A DNA stretch of 64,000 nucleotides from an uncultured Gemmatimonadales bacterium (GCA_963809895.1 CAWELD010000003.1:2368001-2432000); one strand, 5' to 3'; shown: positions 29,220 to 38,273, numbered from the stretch's first letter. Translations and numbers: made by a program. The notes: a model not told the origin generated them from the sequence alone.

Positions 29220-30233
29220 ATGCGAACTCTCCCCGTCACGCGATCCCTGGCCGCCCTTCTCCTGTCGGCGGCGCTGTCCGCCTGCGGCGGCGAAGACGGA
29301 ACCGGTCCAGAGAACCAGGTCCCCACGACCGTCCAGATCTCCAACGCGACGCTCAGCTTCGACCAGCCGGTGCAGTCGGTGCAGCTCACGGTCACGGTAC
29401 TGGACCAGGACGGTGCCACCATCACCGACCCCACGTTGACCTTCGCCACCAGCGACGAGGCAGTGGCCTCCGTCGACGGCTCGGGGATGGTGACCGGCCT
29501 CGGCAACGGCACGGCGACGATCACCGTCACGGCGGGATCGGCCACGGCCACAGCCCAGGTCAGCGTGGACCTGACCCCCGACGCACTCACCGACGGCGTG
29601 CCGGTCACGGGCCTCGAAGGTCCGTCCCGGAGTCAGCGCTTCTTCACCTTCGAGGTTCCCGAGGGCGGCGCGGATCGCATCCTGCAGTTCCGCATGCAGG
29701 GCGGCACCGGTGACGCGGACCTGGGCATCCGCTTCGGCGAGCGGCCTGACCTCGAGAACGTGGATTGCGCCTCGGTGGGTGGACCCAACGTCCTGGACAA
29801 CCTGGAGATGTGCGCGATCCGGGATCCCTCGCCCGGCACCTGGCACGCCATCGTGCTGGGCTACGAGGACTACACCGAGGTCGAGCTGGACGCCCAGGTG
29901 CTCCCGTCGGTGGGGCTCACCCCGGGCACGGCCGCCACGGACCTTTCGGCCGACGGCAACGACCTCCTCTACTTCCACGTCGATGTCCCCGCCAGCGCCG
30001 AGCTCACTCTCACCCTGACCGGCGGCACCGGCGACGCGGACATGTTCGCCACACCGGTGTTCCCCCTGGCACTGACCCAGTTCGGAGACCTGGAGTGCGT
30101 GGCGGGCAACGAAGGAAACGAGGAGAGTTGCACGCCCGACGCCCCCGCCGAGGGCACGTGGACGGTGGTCCTGCTCGGCTACACGGCCTTCGACGGCGTC
30201 AGCCTGACCGCGGAGGTCAGCGGAGGGACCTGA
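29220..30233 (+). CDS. Lipoprotein with Ig-like (Big_2) and two PPC domains
   Basis: LSAC lipobox; SDEAVASVDGSGMVTG; two GGTGDAD repeats. Confidence 0.85.
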   Translation: MRTLPVTRSLAALLLSAALSACGGEDGTGPENQVPTTVQISNATLSFDQPVQSVQLTVTVLDQDGATITDPTLTFATSDEAVASVDGSGMVTGLGNGTATITVTAGSATATAQVSVDLTPDALTDGVPVTGLEGPSRSQRFFTFEVPEGGADRILQFRMQGGTGDADLGIRFGERPDLENVDCASVGGPNVLDNLEMCAIRDPSPGTWHAIVLGYEDYTEVELDAQVLPSVGLTPGTAATDLSADGNDLLYFHVDVPASAELTLTLTGGTGDADMFATPVFPLALTQFGDLECVAGNEGNEESCTPDAPAEGTWTVVLLGYTAFDGVSLTAEVSGGT

Positions 30234-30329
30234 TCGTCCCATCCAGCCATTCCCGCGTCGCGGCCTCCGGGCCCACGATTGAAGTCGGTCTTCCGAAGGC
30301 CGCCTTCGTCACTCGTCCGGAGCCACCGC

Positions 30330-31385
30330 ATGTGCCACCCGCGCGCGCTGCCCACCGGCGCCGCCACGATTCTCGCCCTCGCGGCCGGCGGGTGTGACCG
30401 GGCGGACACGACTCGAGCGGCCCACCGCACCCTCACGGGGCCAACGGACACCCTCATCACCAGCGAGTCCGGCGTCCTGGGTCAGGTGGTGGAGCTCCTG
30501 TCCGCCCCAGATGGCACGCTCTACGCCAGCGATCGGGCTCTGCACACCGTGCATGTCGTGCAGCCGGACGCCCCACCCTGGTCGCTGGGGCAGGAAGGCG
30601 ACGGACCCGGCGAGCTCCGCTTTCCCTCGGCCATGGGAACGGCGGGCGATACGCTCTTCGTGGTGGATCGCAATCGCAATCAGCTGATCCTCTTCCGGAC
30701 GGACGGCTCCTTCGTCGAGAACCGGGAGCTGCCCAGGAGCGCGTTCACGTATCCGCCGACCATGGGCGCCAACGGCAGGGCGTTGGCGCTCTCCACCGGA
30801 GGGCGGGACTCGATGATGGCGCGGGTCTTCCTGCACGCCGACGCCGATCCCGTCGAGGTGGGCGCGCCCGCCGGCCCACCGCAAGCGCTGGACTTCGAGG
30901 CCATGCGTCGCACCATCGCACGGGGCGAGGTGCCCGTCGAGCTGCTCAACCACGCCCGGGCGCTTCCGGGGCGCGACGGAATCTGGCTCGTGAACCCTGG
31001 CCGCGGGAGCGTGGAGCGCTACGACACGCTCGGTGCGCTCCTGTGGTCCACGGTGCTCGACCAGCCCGAGATGCCGGACATCTTCCAGCGCTTCGTCGAT
31101 ACCAACGCGGCCCTGCCGCCCCGCCGTCTCGCCGAGCTTCGCTACGTCCTGGACGCCCACGAGGTGGAGGGGGCGCTCTGGATGCTCCTGGGATCGTCGG
31201 CCACCGGGCCAGCCACCGAGCTGCGACTGGCTCCCGCGGGCGACAAGACGCGACGCCTGGACGTGCCTCAGGTCAGGGGCGCCGTGAAATTCGCCGCCGA
31301 TCCCGCCCGCGGGTGGCTCTACTTCGTCACCGACCGTGCCGAGCTCCTGCGGGTCGCTCTCCCCGCGCCCCGCCCAGGTAGCTGA
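30330..31385 (+). CDS. NHL/6-bladed beta-propeller protein, probable lipoprotein
   Basis: GQEGDGPGELRFP motif; AGGC near the N-terminus. Confidence 0.75.
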   Translation: MCHPRALPTGAATILALAAGGCDRADTTRAAHRTLTGPTDTLITSESGVLGQVVELLSAPDGTLYASDRALHTVHVVQPDAPPWSLGQEGDGPGELRFPSAMGTAGDTLFVVDRNRNQLILFRTDGSFVENRELPRSAFTYPPTMGANGRALALSTGGRDSMMARVFLHADADPVEVGAPAGPPQALDFEAMRRTIARGEVPVELLNHARALPGRDGIWLVNPGRGSVERYDTLGALLWSTVLDQPEMPDIFQRFVDTNAALPPRRLAELRYVLDAHEVEGALWMLLGSSATGPATELRLAPAGDKTRRLDVPQVRGAVKFAADPARGWLYFVTDRAELLRVALPAPRPGS

Positions 31386-31417
31386 CGGGGGGCGGACGCA
31401 TCGGTGCAGGGGTGCCG

Positions 31418-31447
31418 TTGACGCCCTCCGCCGGCGCCGGCTATTGT
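31418..31447 (+). promoter_or_regulatory. Putative sigma70 promoter of the S9 peptidase
   Basis: TTGACG-N18-TATTGT. Confidence 0.5.
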
Positions 31448-31493
31448 CGCGGTCCCTCGCGACCCTCTCGTTCCACGCACCGGAGCTCCGGCC

Positions 31494-33677
31494 ATGCGTA
31501 GCCCCATCCTCACCGCGCTGGTGTGCGCGCTGCTGACCGCGCCGCTGGCGGCCCAATCCACTTCTGGTTCTGACGGGGGTCGTGCGTTCACCCCCGAGGA
31601 CTGGTACAAGCTCACCAACGTCTCGTCTCCGGCCATGTCTCCCGACGGCCGTTGGGTGGCGTTCACCGTCACCACGGTGCGGGAGGCGCAGAACGCCCGC
31701 CACGCCGAGGTCTGGATGGTGGCCAGCGACGGCGGAGAGCCGGTGCGCTTGACGTCGCCGGGCACGGAGAGCTCGAACCCGCGCTGGTCGCCGGACGGCA
31801 GCTACCTCTTCTTCAGCTCCCGGCGCGAGGGCGGATCGGGGGGCACGTGGGCCCTGCGCATGGACCGTCCCGCCACCGGCGAAGCATCGCAGATCGAAGG
31901 TTGGCCCGCGGGATCCTTGACCGCCGACGGCTCCACGGTGGTATTCACCCAGGCGGCTCAGGACGAGGGCGAGGACGCGGCCGAAGACCGGGGCTCCGAT
32001 CCCTTCGCGCGCATGCCGGCGGTGGCCCGGCCCCCGTGGGGCGCCGTCACCGAGCCCCTCGACGCGCGCCGATTCGACGGACGCCACTTCGTGGAGACGG
32101 GCTTCGTGAGAAACGGCCGCGGCTTCGTGGCGAATCCCGGCGAGCCGCGCACCTGGGAAGCGGCCCAGATCTGGGTGCAGGAGCCCGGCGACACCACCAC
32201 CAGGCGCATGATCACCGACACGCCCTATTCGCATCGGAGCGCGACGGTGTCACCCGATGGCCGCTGGATCGCCTTCGTGGCCGACCCCGAGCTGCGCACC
32301 GACTCGGTCATCCAGGCCGAGCGGGACTCTCTTTCCGAGCTGCCCTACGACGCCGGACGCGACGAAGCGCCGCGCAACGACGCCGACATCTTCGTGATGC
32401 CGGCGGCGGGCGGCGAAGCTCGACGTCTGACCCACCAGAACGGCAGCGAGGGGCGGCTGGTCTGGTCTCCCGACTCCCGACGCATCGCCTTCGTGTCGAG
32501 CCTCCAGCGCACCACGTCCAACCGGATCTGGGTGGTGGCGGCCGATGGCGGCGAGCCGCGCAACATCCTGGGAGACTGGCAGTACGAGCCCTCGGGGGTG
32601 GATTGGATGCCCAACGGCTCCATCGCCATGAGCGCCTCCATCGGTGGGCGCACGGCCCTGTTCAACGTCGATCCCGACGACGGCACCATCACCGAGGTCA
32701 TCGGAGGTCGGCGTCGGATCAACGGCTTCACGTACGACGCCGATTACACGAAGGTGGCCTTCGTCGCCACGTCGGTGAATCGGCCCACCGAGCTCTACAT
32801 CGCCGCCATCGACGGCAGCGGCGAGCGGCAGCTCACGGGATTCAACGACGACCTCAACGCCGAGATCGCCTGGCCCGAAGCGGAGCGCTTCACCTACCAG
32901 TCGGTGGGTGGACTGGAGATCGAGGCCTGGCTCCAGTACCCGTACGGCTACGAAGAAGGCAAGAAGTACCCGCTCGTTCTCTACATCCACGGCGGACCCC
33001 ACTCGGCGTACGGCGAAGGGTGGTTCGACGAGTTCCACAACATCACCGGCGCGGGGATGTTCGTGCTCTACACCAATCCCCGCGGCTCGAGCGGATACGG
33101 AGCCGACTTCACGTACTCCACCCGGGGGCGTTGGGGGATGGAGGACTACGAAGACCTGATGAAGGCCGTCGACATCGCCATCCAGCGTCCAGACGTGGAC
33201 GCCGAGCGGCTCGGGGTGACCGGCGGCAGCTACGGCGGATTCATGACTGCCTGGATCACCACGAAGACCCATCGCTTCAAGGCTGCACAGACGGACCGTA
33301 TGATCAGCGACTGGTTCTCCTGGTACGGCTCGTCCGACGCCCAGGGGCTCACCGAGTTCGAGTTCTACGGCAAGCCCTGGGACAATCCCGAGCTCTACCG
33401 TGAGCTGTCGCCGGCGACCCACGTGGCCAACGTCGACACCCCGACCCTCCTGGTTCAGTCCGAAGAGGACCACCGGACGCCCATGACGGGCGCGGAAGAG
33501 TGGTTCGTGGCACTCCGCAAGCAGGGGGTGCCCGCCGAGTTCGTGCGCTATCCGCGGTCCACGCACGACCTGTCTCGCACCGGCGAGCCCTGGCTCCTGG
33601 TGGACCGGCTGGGACGTCTGAGACAGTGGTTCACCTACTGGCTCATGGACGGCGAGGCGACGACGGACCAGCCTTAG
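31494..33677 (+). CDS. S9 family peptidase (acylaminoacyl/dipeptidyl peptidase) with PD40 repeats
   Basis: Signal peptide, WSPDG repeats, IHGGPH, GGSYGG, EEDHRTP, catalytic His. Confidence 0.94.
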   Translation: MRSPILTALVCALLTAPLAAQSTSGSDGGRAFTPEDWYKLTNVSSPAMSPDGRWVAFTVTTVREAQNARHAEVWMVASDGGEPVRLTSPGTESSNPRWSPDGSYLFFSSRREGGSGGTWALRMDRPATGEASQIEGWPAGSLTADGSTVVFTQAAQDEGEDAAEDRGSDPFARMPAVARPPWGAVTEPLDARRFDGRHFVETGFVRNGRGFVANPGEPRTWEAAQIWVQEPGDTTTRRMITDTPYSHRSATVSPDGRWIAFVADPELRTDSVIQAERDSLSELPYDAGRDEAPRNDADIFVMPAAGGEARRLTHQNGSEGRLVWSPDSRRIAFVSSLQRTTSNRIWVVAADGGEPRNILGDWQYEPSGVDWMPNGSIAMSASIGGRTALFNVDPDDGTITEVIGGRRRINGFTYDADYTKVAFVATSVNRPTELYIAAIDGSGERQLTGFNDDLNAEIAWPEAERFTYQSVGGLEIEAWLQYPYGYEEGKKYPLVLYIHGGPHSAYGEGWFDEFHNITGAGMFVLYTNPRGSSGYGADFTYSTRGRWGMEDYEDLMKAVDIAIQRPDVDAERLGVTGGSYGGFMTAWITTKTHRFKAAQTDRMISDWFSWYGSSDAQGLTEFEFYGKPWDNPELYRELSPATHVANVDTPTLLVQSEEDHRTPMTGAEEWFVALRKQGVPAEFVRYPRSTHDLSRTGEPWLLVDRLGRLRQWFTYWLMDGEATTDQP

Positions 33678-33737
33678 CGGCCCGCCGCTCCGGCCGGGGC
33701 GATCGCCGGCCTGTCCAGGGGCAGCTCGGCACGCGCG

Positions 33738-33771
33738 AAAGGGAGGGGGTGACGGCATCCCCCTCCCTTTT
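33738..33771 (+). terminator. Intrinsic terminator
   Basis: AAAGGGAGGGGGTG-ACGG-CATCCCCCTCCCTTTT downstream of the S9 gene. Confidence 0.75.
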
Positions 33772-33933
33772 GCGTTTGATCAGGCGAGTGCCCGCGAGGG
33801 TCCTTCGCCAATCCAGCCCATGTCGCCTATGTTGAGTCTCCCGGCGGATCCGCCGTCGGCGTGTCGACCGGACGCTCCCCCGATCTGGCTCCGTCCGGAC
33901 CGCGCGAAGGCTGTCTCGCTCGAATCTTGGCCC

Positions 33934-34563
33934 ATGGACGACGCCCGGGGTGAGATCACCCGCCTGGTTCAGCAGTGGAGCGAAGGAGACGAGTCGGCGC
34001 TGGACGGGCTCATCGAGCTCGCCTACGACGACCTGCGCGTCATCGCCCATCGGCACCTGCGCCGGAGCCGCGGTGACCAGACGCTCCAGACCACGGCCCT
34101 GGTCCACGAAGTCTACATGCGGCTGGCCGGCGTCGACGAAGGCGCCTGGGCCACCCGTGCCCACTTCTTCGCCTTCTGCTCCAAGGCGATGCGGCGGATC
34201 CTCATCGACTACGCCCGTCGCCAGCAGGCGGCCAAGCGCGGCGGCGATCGTGTCCGGGTGCCGCTCACGGATCAGGTGGCTTCTCTCGACGCGGAGATCG
34301 CCGAGGTTCTGGCGGTTGATCAGGCGCTGGAGACTCTGGCCAGGCACGACGAGCGCCTGGCACAGATCGTCGAATGCCGGTTCTTCGGTGGCCTCACGGT
34401 CCCGGAGACGGCGGAGGCGTTGGACCTCTCCACCCGCACCGTGGAGCGGGACTGGGTGCGCGCCCGTGCCTACCTCTACCGGATGCTTCGCACCGACGAG
34501 GAGGAGGGCGAGGCCGGCGCCGAAGGGGGCGCCCCCGGAGCCGACGTCAGCGGGTCACCCTGA
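33934..34563 (+). CDS. ECF sigma factor, TIGR02999 family
   Basis: EITRLV, TLQTTALVHEVYMRL, AMRRILIDYAR, KRGG, VECRFFGGLT, TVERDW. Confidence 0.93.
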   Translation: MDDARGEITRLVQQWSEGDESALDGLIELAYDDLRVIAHRHLRRSRGDQTLQTTALVHEVYMRLAGVDEGAWATRAHFFAFCSKAMRRILIDYARRQQAAKRGGDRVRVPLTDQVASLDAEIAEVLAVDQALETLARHDERLAQIVECRFFGGLTVPETAEALDLSTRTVERDWVRARAYLYRMLRTDEEEGEAGAEGGAPGADVSGSP

Positions 34564-34585
34564 CGACCGCGCCCGGGAGCGCGGC

Positions 34586-34861
34586 GTGAATCACCGGAAT
34601 GATCCCACCTGGGATCGATGGGACGAGGTCGACGGGCTCTTCGCACGCGCCCTGGAGCAACCACCCCATGGGCGTCAGGCCTTTCTGGCCCAGGCGTGCG
34701 AAGGTGATCTCGCACTCTTCCGTGCCGTCCTGTCCCTGCTGGTGGATGCCGAAGCCGCCAAGCAGCGTCTCTCCGGTCCTGGAGCCGCCCTGGTGCGCGC
34801 CGCCTGGGCGCGGCACGGCGAGTCCGACGACGGCTCCAACGACTCCACGGGATCCGACTGA
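34586..34861 (+). CDS. 91-aa protein resembling the N-terminal segment of ECF-linked Ser/Thr kinases, without a kinase domain
   Basis: GGGAG RBS + GTG; RWDEVDGLFARALEQPPHGRQAFLAQACEGDLALFRAVLSLL. Confidence 0.72.
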   Translation: MNHRNDPTWDRWDEVDGLFARALEQPPHGRQAFLAQACEGDLALFRAVLSLLVDAEAAKQRLSGPGAALVRAAWARHGESDDGSNDSTGSD

Positions 34862-34865
34862 CGTC

Positions 34866-35996
34866 TCAACCGGCGCGCAGCTCGCCGAGCTCCTGCTCTC
34901 GCTGCACCCAGCGCGCCACGTCGCTGTTGGAGATGATCCCCAGGACCCGTGTGCCCCGCGCCACGACGACCCGCCCCGGACCCTCGCCGCCGAGTTGCTC
35001 CAGCACGCGGCTCATGGACTCGTCGGGATCGACGGTGACCTCGGAACCCGTGAGCATGACGTCACGGACACGCGTCTGGTGCCATCGATCACGAGGCGTC
35101 TGTTTGACCTGCTCCAGCGTCACGAGACCGACGAGCTCGCCGTACTCGGTCACCGGAAAGCCGTGATGTCGCTGGCGAAGCACATGCTCGTGCACCAGAT
35201 CGGCCAGGTCGAGGTCCGGCGGCACCGTGTTGGGGTCAGGCGTCATGAGGTCGTGCGCGGGAACGCCCTCGAGCATGCCGCGGAGCACATCCTGCTTGAA
35301 GGAGAAGACGGCCGCGGTCCTGAGGAACCATCCGATGAAGACCAGCCACAGGCCACCGAGGGCCGCACCACCCAGGGCCTGCAGGATCCCCAGGGCAATG
35401 AGCCCGTAGCCCAACCACTGCCCCCCCACCGAGGCCCAGCGGGTCGCCTTGGCCCGATCGCCCGTGGCACGCCAGGCCAGGGCCCTGAACACCCGTCCCC
35501 CGTCCAGCGGGAACCCGGGCAGGAGGTTGAAGAGCGCCAGGATCACGTTGACGAACGCCAGGTAACGCGCCACCGCCGCCACCGGCGCGGGCAGCGACAG
35601 CATGGTGCCGACCCACCAGATCGCCGCGAACAGGACGCCGAGGACGAGACTGGCCAGGGGTCCGACCCCCGCGATGAGCAGCTCGTCGCCAGGCGTCTCG
35701 GCCTCGCGACGCGTGTGCGCCATCCCCCCGAAGATGAAGAGCGTGATCCCGTCCACCGGCACGCCCTTGCTACGAGCCACCACCGAATGCGAGAGCTCGT
35801 GCGCCAGAAGTGACGCGAAGAAGAGCAGAGCGCCCACGGCGCCCATGGCCAGGTAGCTGGAAGGAGCCAGGCCGGGCACGGCCTGGGGGAACACGCCTGC
35901 GGAGAACGACCACAGGATGAGAAAGAAGATGATGAACCAGGAATAGTCCACCCGGATCTCGAAGCCCAGCACCGAACCGAGGCGCAGGCCGTTCAT
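34866..35996 (-). CDS. Site-2 protease (M50) with tandem CBS domains
   Basis: HELSH, FNLLPGFPLDGG, C-terminal CBS pair; GGGAGG RBS. Confidence 0.93.
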   Translation of the reverse strand: MNGLRLGSVLGFEIRVDYSWFIIFFLILWSFSAGVFPQAVPGLAPSSYLAMGAVGALLFFASLLAHELSHSVVARSKGVPVDGITLFIFGGMAHTRREAETPGDELLIAGVGPLASLVLGVLFAAIWWVGTMLSLPAPVAAVARYLAFVNVILALFNLLPGFPLDGGRVFRALAWRATGDRAKATRWASVGGQWLGYGLIALGILQALGGAALGGLWLVFIGWFLRTAAVFSFKQDVLRGMLEGVPAHDLMTPDPNTVPPDLDLADLVHEHVLRQRHHGFPVTEYGELVGLVTLEQVKQTPRDRWHQTRVRDVMLTGSEVTVDPDESMSRVLEQLGGEGPGRVVVARGTRVLGIISNSDVARWVQREQELGELRAG

Positions 35997-36105
35997 GGGA
36001 CCTCCCTCGTGGAAGCCCGCGCGTTCGGAACCTGCGTGGACCCGACGACGTGTGGGCTACCGAAGTCTCATCACGAGGCGGCCCCCCTGCAAGGGGGAAA
36101 AACCC

Positions 36106-36195
36106 CTACCACTGCATCAGATCGGTGCGCGCCATGCGGGAGATCCACGCCCGGATCTCCACGAGCCGGCGAATGCGTCGGATGACGGCCTTCAT
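36106..36195 (-). CDS. Putative 29-aa basic small protein downstream of the riboswitch
   Basis: MKAVIRRIRRLVEIRAWISRMARTDLMQW, preceded by GGAGAACAGGAGAC. Confidence 0.5.
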   Translation of the reverse strand: MKAVIRRIRRLVEIRAWISRMARTDLMQW

Positions 36196-36310
36196 GTCTC
36201 CTGTTCTCCGTTGAGCCTGTCGCTGTCGGTCTAGGTCCCGCAACGGGCAGGAGACGCGCACGCCGGGCGGCTTCGCCGGCCCGCCACGGGGAACCCGCGA
36301 CGGACCGGCG

Positions 36311-36346
36311 AACAAAAATTACCCGGCACACATACATGCGCCGGGC
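36311..36346 (-). terminator. Intrinsic terminator (riboswitch expression platform)
   Basis: Minus strand GCCCGGCGCA-TGTATG-TGTGCCGGGT followed by AATTTTTGTT. Confidence 0.75.
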
Positions 36347-36382
36347 AGCCGGAGAGGCGGCCTCGTCAGGCTCGACCTCTCT

Positions 36383-36463
36383 TCCTGGCAGCTGGGCAAT
36401 CCGCACACGTGCGGACCCCTGGCTTTGCGTCCCACCGTTACCGATGGTTTGCCCTTTGCAGTT
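36383..36463 (-). ncRNA. Cyclic di-GMP-I (GEMM) riboswitch
   Basis: Minus strand AAAGGGCAAACCATCG-GTAA-CGGTGGGACGCAAAGCC...GCTGCCAG: GGGCAAACC and GACGCAAAGC hallmarks, GNRA-capped P2, second hairpin. Confidence 0.9.
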
Positions 36464-36469
36464 ATATCA

Positions 36470-36499
36470 ACGCTATTCCCTCTTCTCCCGCCCGGTCAA
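36470..36499 (-). promoter_or_regulatory. Putative sigma70 promoter for the riboswitch transcript
   Basis: TTGACC-N18-TAGCGT; predicted start site about 36463, at the aptamer 5' end. Confidence 0.6.
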
Positions 36500-36520
36500 G
36501 CCTTTTCTTCCGCTGACGTC

Positions 36521-37384
36521 ATGACATCTTCACGCCCCGCCGGCCCGTGGTCGACGCTGGGCCGCCCGCTCGACCCGTCGTGGCCGACGAACCGGGCGAT
36601 CCTCATCGTCATGCCCACCGTGGGAGTGCTCGCCACCGTGCTGGCGCTCGCCCAGGGTTCCGCCGTTCTCGGCGCGGGAGTGCGAGGATTGGTGACCGCC
36701 GCCACCGCGCTGGGTGGATGGGCCCTGGCCCGGGAGCTGGCGCCCGACGACCAGGCGGCCGCCTTCGTCGCCATGGCCCTCGGGCTCGCGGCGCAAGCCC
36801 TGGTGCCGGTGGCCAGCCTGTGGCTCCTGTTCACCACCCTGCTCCAGGTGCGGCTGGTGAACCGCACGGTGGGGCCCCCGGCTCGGCGCAAGGACTCGGC
36901 CGCGGTGCTGGCCCTGACCCTGGCGTGCATGGTGGTCTTGAAGGCGCCCACGGTGGCCGTGGTGGGCGGGCTCGCCTTCGGGTTGGATGCACGGCTCGCG
37001 CCCCCCGGGCCCACTCGGCACCGCGTCCTGGCCCTGACCTGCATCGCGGTCGCGGCGGTCTACGCGGCTGCGGTGCCCGCGGCACACCCACATCTGGACT
37101 TTCCGAGCACGGCGATCGGGGGTGGGCTGGTCGTGGTGACGCTCCTCTTCCTGCGGGCGCTCGTCCGCACCAGCGAGGTGCGGGCCGTGGCCGACGCCAC
37201 CGGCGACCCGCTCCATGCTGCAAGGGTCCGGGCCGGCATGACGGTGGCACTCCTGGCGGCGGTGCCCTCACTGATCCCCGGATCACCGGATCCGCGTGAG
37301 GCCTCGCTGCTGTGGGCGGTACTGGCCGGGGTAGGGGTCTCGGCGCTCCGTCGGAGTCATCCGCGGCGGACAGCGCGTAGATAG
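36521..37384 (+). CDS. Multi-pass hypothetical membrane protein
   Basis: LGRPLDPSWPTNRAI, WALARELAPD, RLVNRTVG; many TM helices. Confidence 0.8.
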   Translation: MTSSRPAGPWSTLGRPLDPSWPTNRAILIVMPTVGVLATVLALAQGSAVLGAGVRGLVTAATALGGWALARELAPDDQAAAFVAMALGLAAQALVPVASLWLLFTTLLQVRLVNRTVGPPARRKDSAAVLALTLACMVVLKAPTVAVVGGLAFGLDARLAPPGPTRHRVLALTCIAVAAVYAAAVPAAHPHLDFPSTAIGGGLVVVTLLFLRALVRTSEVRAVADATGDPLHAARVRAGMTVALLAAVPSLIPGSPDPREASLLWAVLAGVGVSALRRSHPRRTARR

Positions 37385-37641
37385 CGCCGCGCGAGCTGCT
37401 CGACGCGGAGGTTGTCCTCCTCGGCCGCGCGCTCGAGAATGCCCTCCACGTGGTCCTTCAGGCGCGGCTCCCCCCAGCGGTAGCCGGTGGCCAGCTCCGC
37501 GCTGCGCGTGTTGCCGGCGTCCGCGCCCTGGATCAGCGCCCAGGCCGCGGCTTCGTCGTAGTACGGAGAGTCGCGCTCGGGCAGCGAGTAGCGCGGCTCC
37601 GGCTCCCGCCCGGCATCCTCGTTGACGAAGGCTCGCGACAT
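37357..37641 (-). CDS. Small hypothetical protein (MSRAFVNED N-terminus)
   Basis: 94-aa ORF with GC3-rich codons. Confidence 0.72.
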   Translation of the reverse strand: MSRAFVNEDAGREPEPRYSLPERDSPYYDEAAAWALIQGADAGNTRSAELATGYRWGEPRLKDHVEGILERAAEEDNLRVEQLARRYLRAVRRG

Positions 37642-37676
37642 ATGTGGCCCCGGCTGCTTGGCGACTGTGTGTTGCG

Positions 37677-37706
37677 AAAGGGGAGGGCCACGAGACGGCC
37701 CTCCCC
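37677..37706 (-). terminator. Probable terminator after the beta-barrel gene
   Basis: GGGGAGGGCC/GGCCCTCCCC 10-bp stem followed by TTT on the minus strand. Confidence 0.6.
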
Positions 37707-37733
37707 ATCCCTACCCACCAGAGCGCGGGAGGA

Positions 37734-38273
37734 TCACATGCCGTCGCCGCGCTTCAGGTCGATGGACACGCCGGCGACGATGCCGAAGAACTTGGTGTAT
37801 TCCGAGCCCATGAAGCGACCCTCCACCCAACCCAGGACGCCGCTCAGCGGAAAATCCAGTCCGGCGCCCAGACCGTACCCCAACTTGGTGTCGCTCTCCG
37901 AATCCTCCGTGTCGGAGCTGTATCTGTGCACGAGCAGACCGGCCTGGCCGAAGGCGTACAGGCCCGCTGTACCCGCGTCATGGAAGCGCATCCCGGCCCC
38001 GACCATGGCGCCCAGCGGGTTGGTCTTGTCGCCTTCCACGTCGTTGTGGTTATTCTGTCCGAAGAAGCCCTCGACCTGCCACCAGGCTCCCGAGTCACCG
38101 ACACTGACCAGCAACGCGGCCACCCCCAACCAGCCGGTGTCGGCGTAGTCGCCGTAGTCACCGGTGGGGAAGGTCGCGCCTCCCCCGAAGTAGAGATACT
38201 GGGCCGCGCCCGGAGACGGCGCGAGGAGAGACACCAGAGCCAGGATCGCACCCACGCCCAAGAACCGCTTCAT
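37734..38273 (-). CDS. Outer-membrane beta-barrel protein
   Basis: Signal ending AAQ, alternating strands, LGYGLGAGL, VEGRF. Confidence 0.8.
   Translation of the reverse strand: MKRFLGVGAILALVSLLAPSPGAAQYLYFGGGATFPTGDYGDYADTGWLGVAALLVSVGDSGAWWQVEGFFGQNNHNDVEGDKTNPLGAMVGAGMRFHDAGTAGLYAFGQAGLLVHRYSSDTEDSESDTKLGYGLGAGLDFPLSGVLGWVEGRFMGSEYTKFFGIVAGVSIDLKRGDGM

Noticed and set aside
36452..36457. cGAMP-sensing (GEMM-Ib) variant of the riboswitch
   Set aside because: The discriminating position reads G (AGGGCAAACC), not A.
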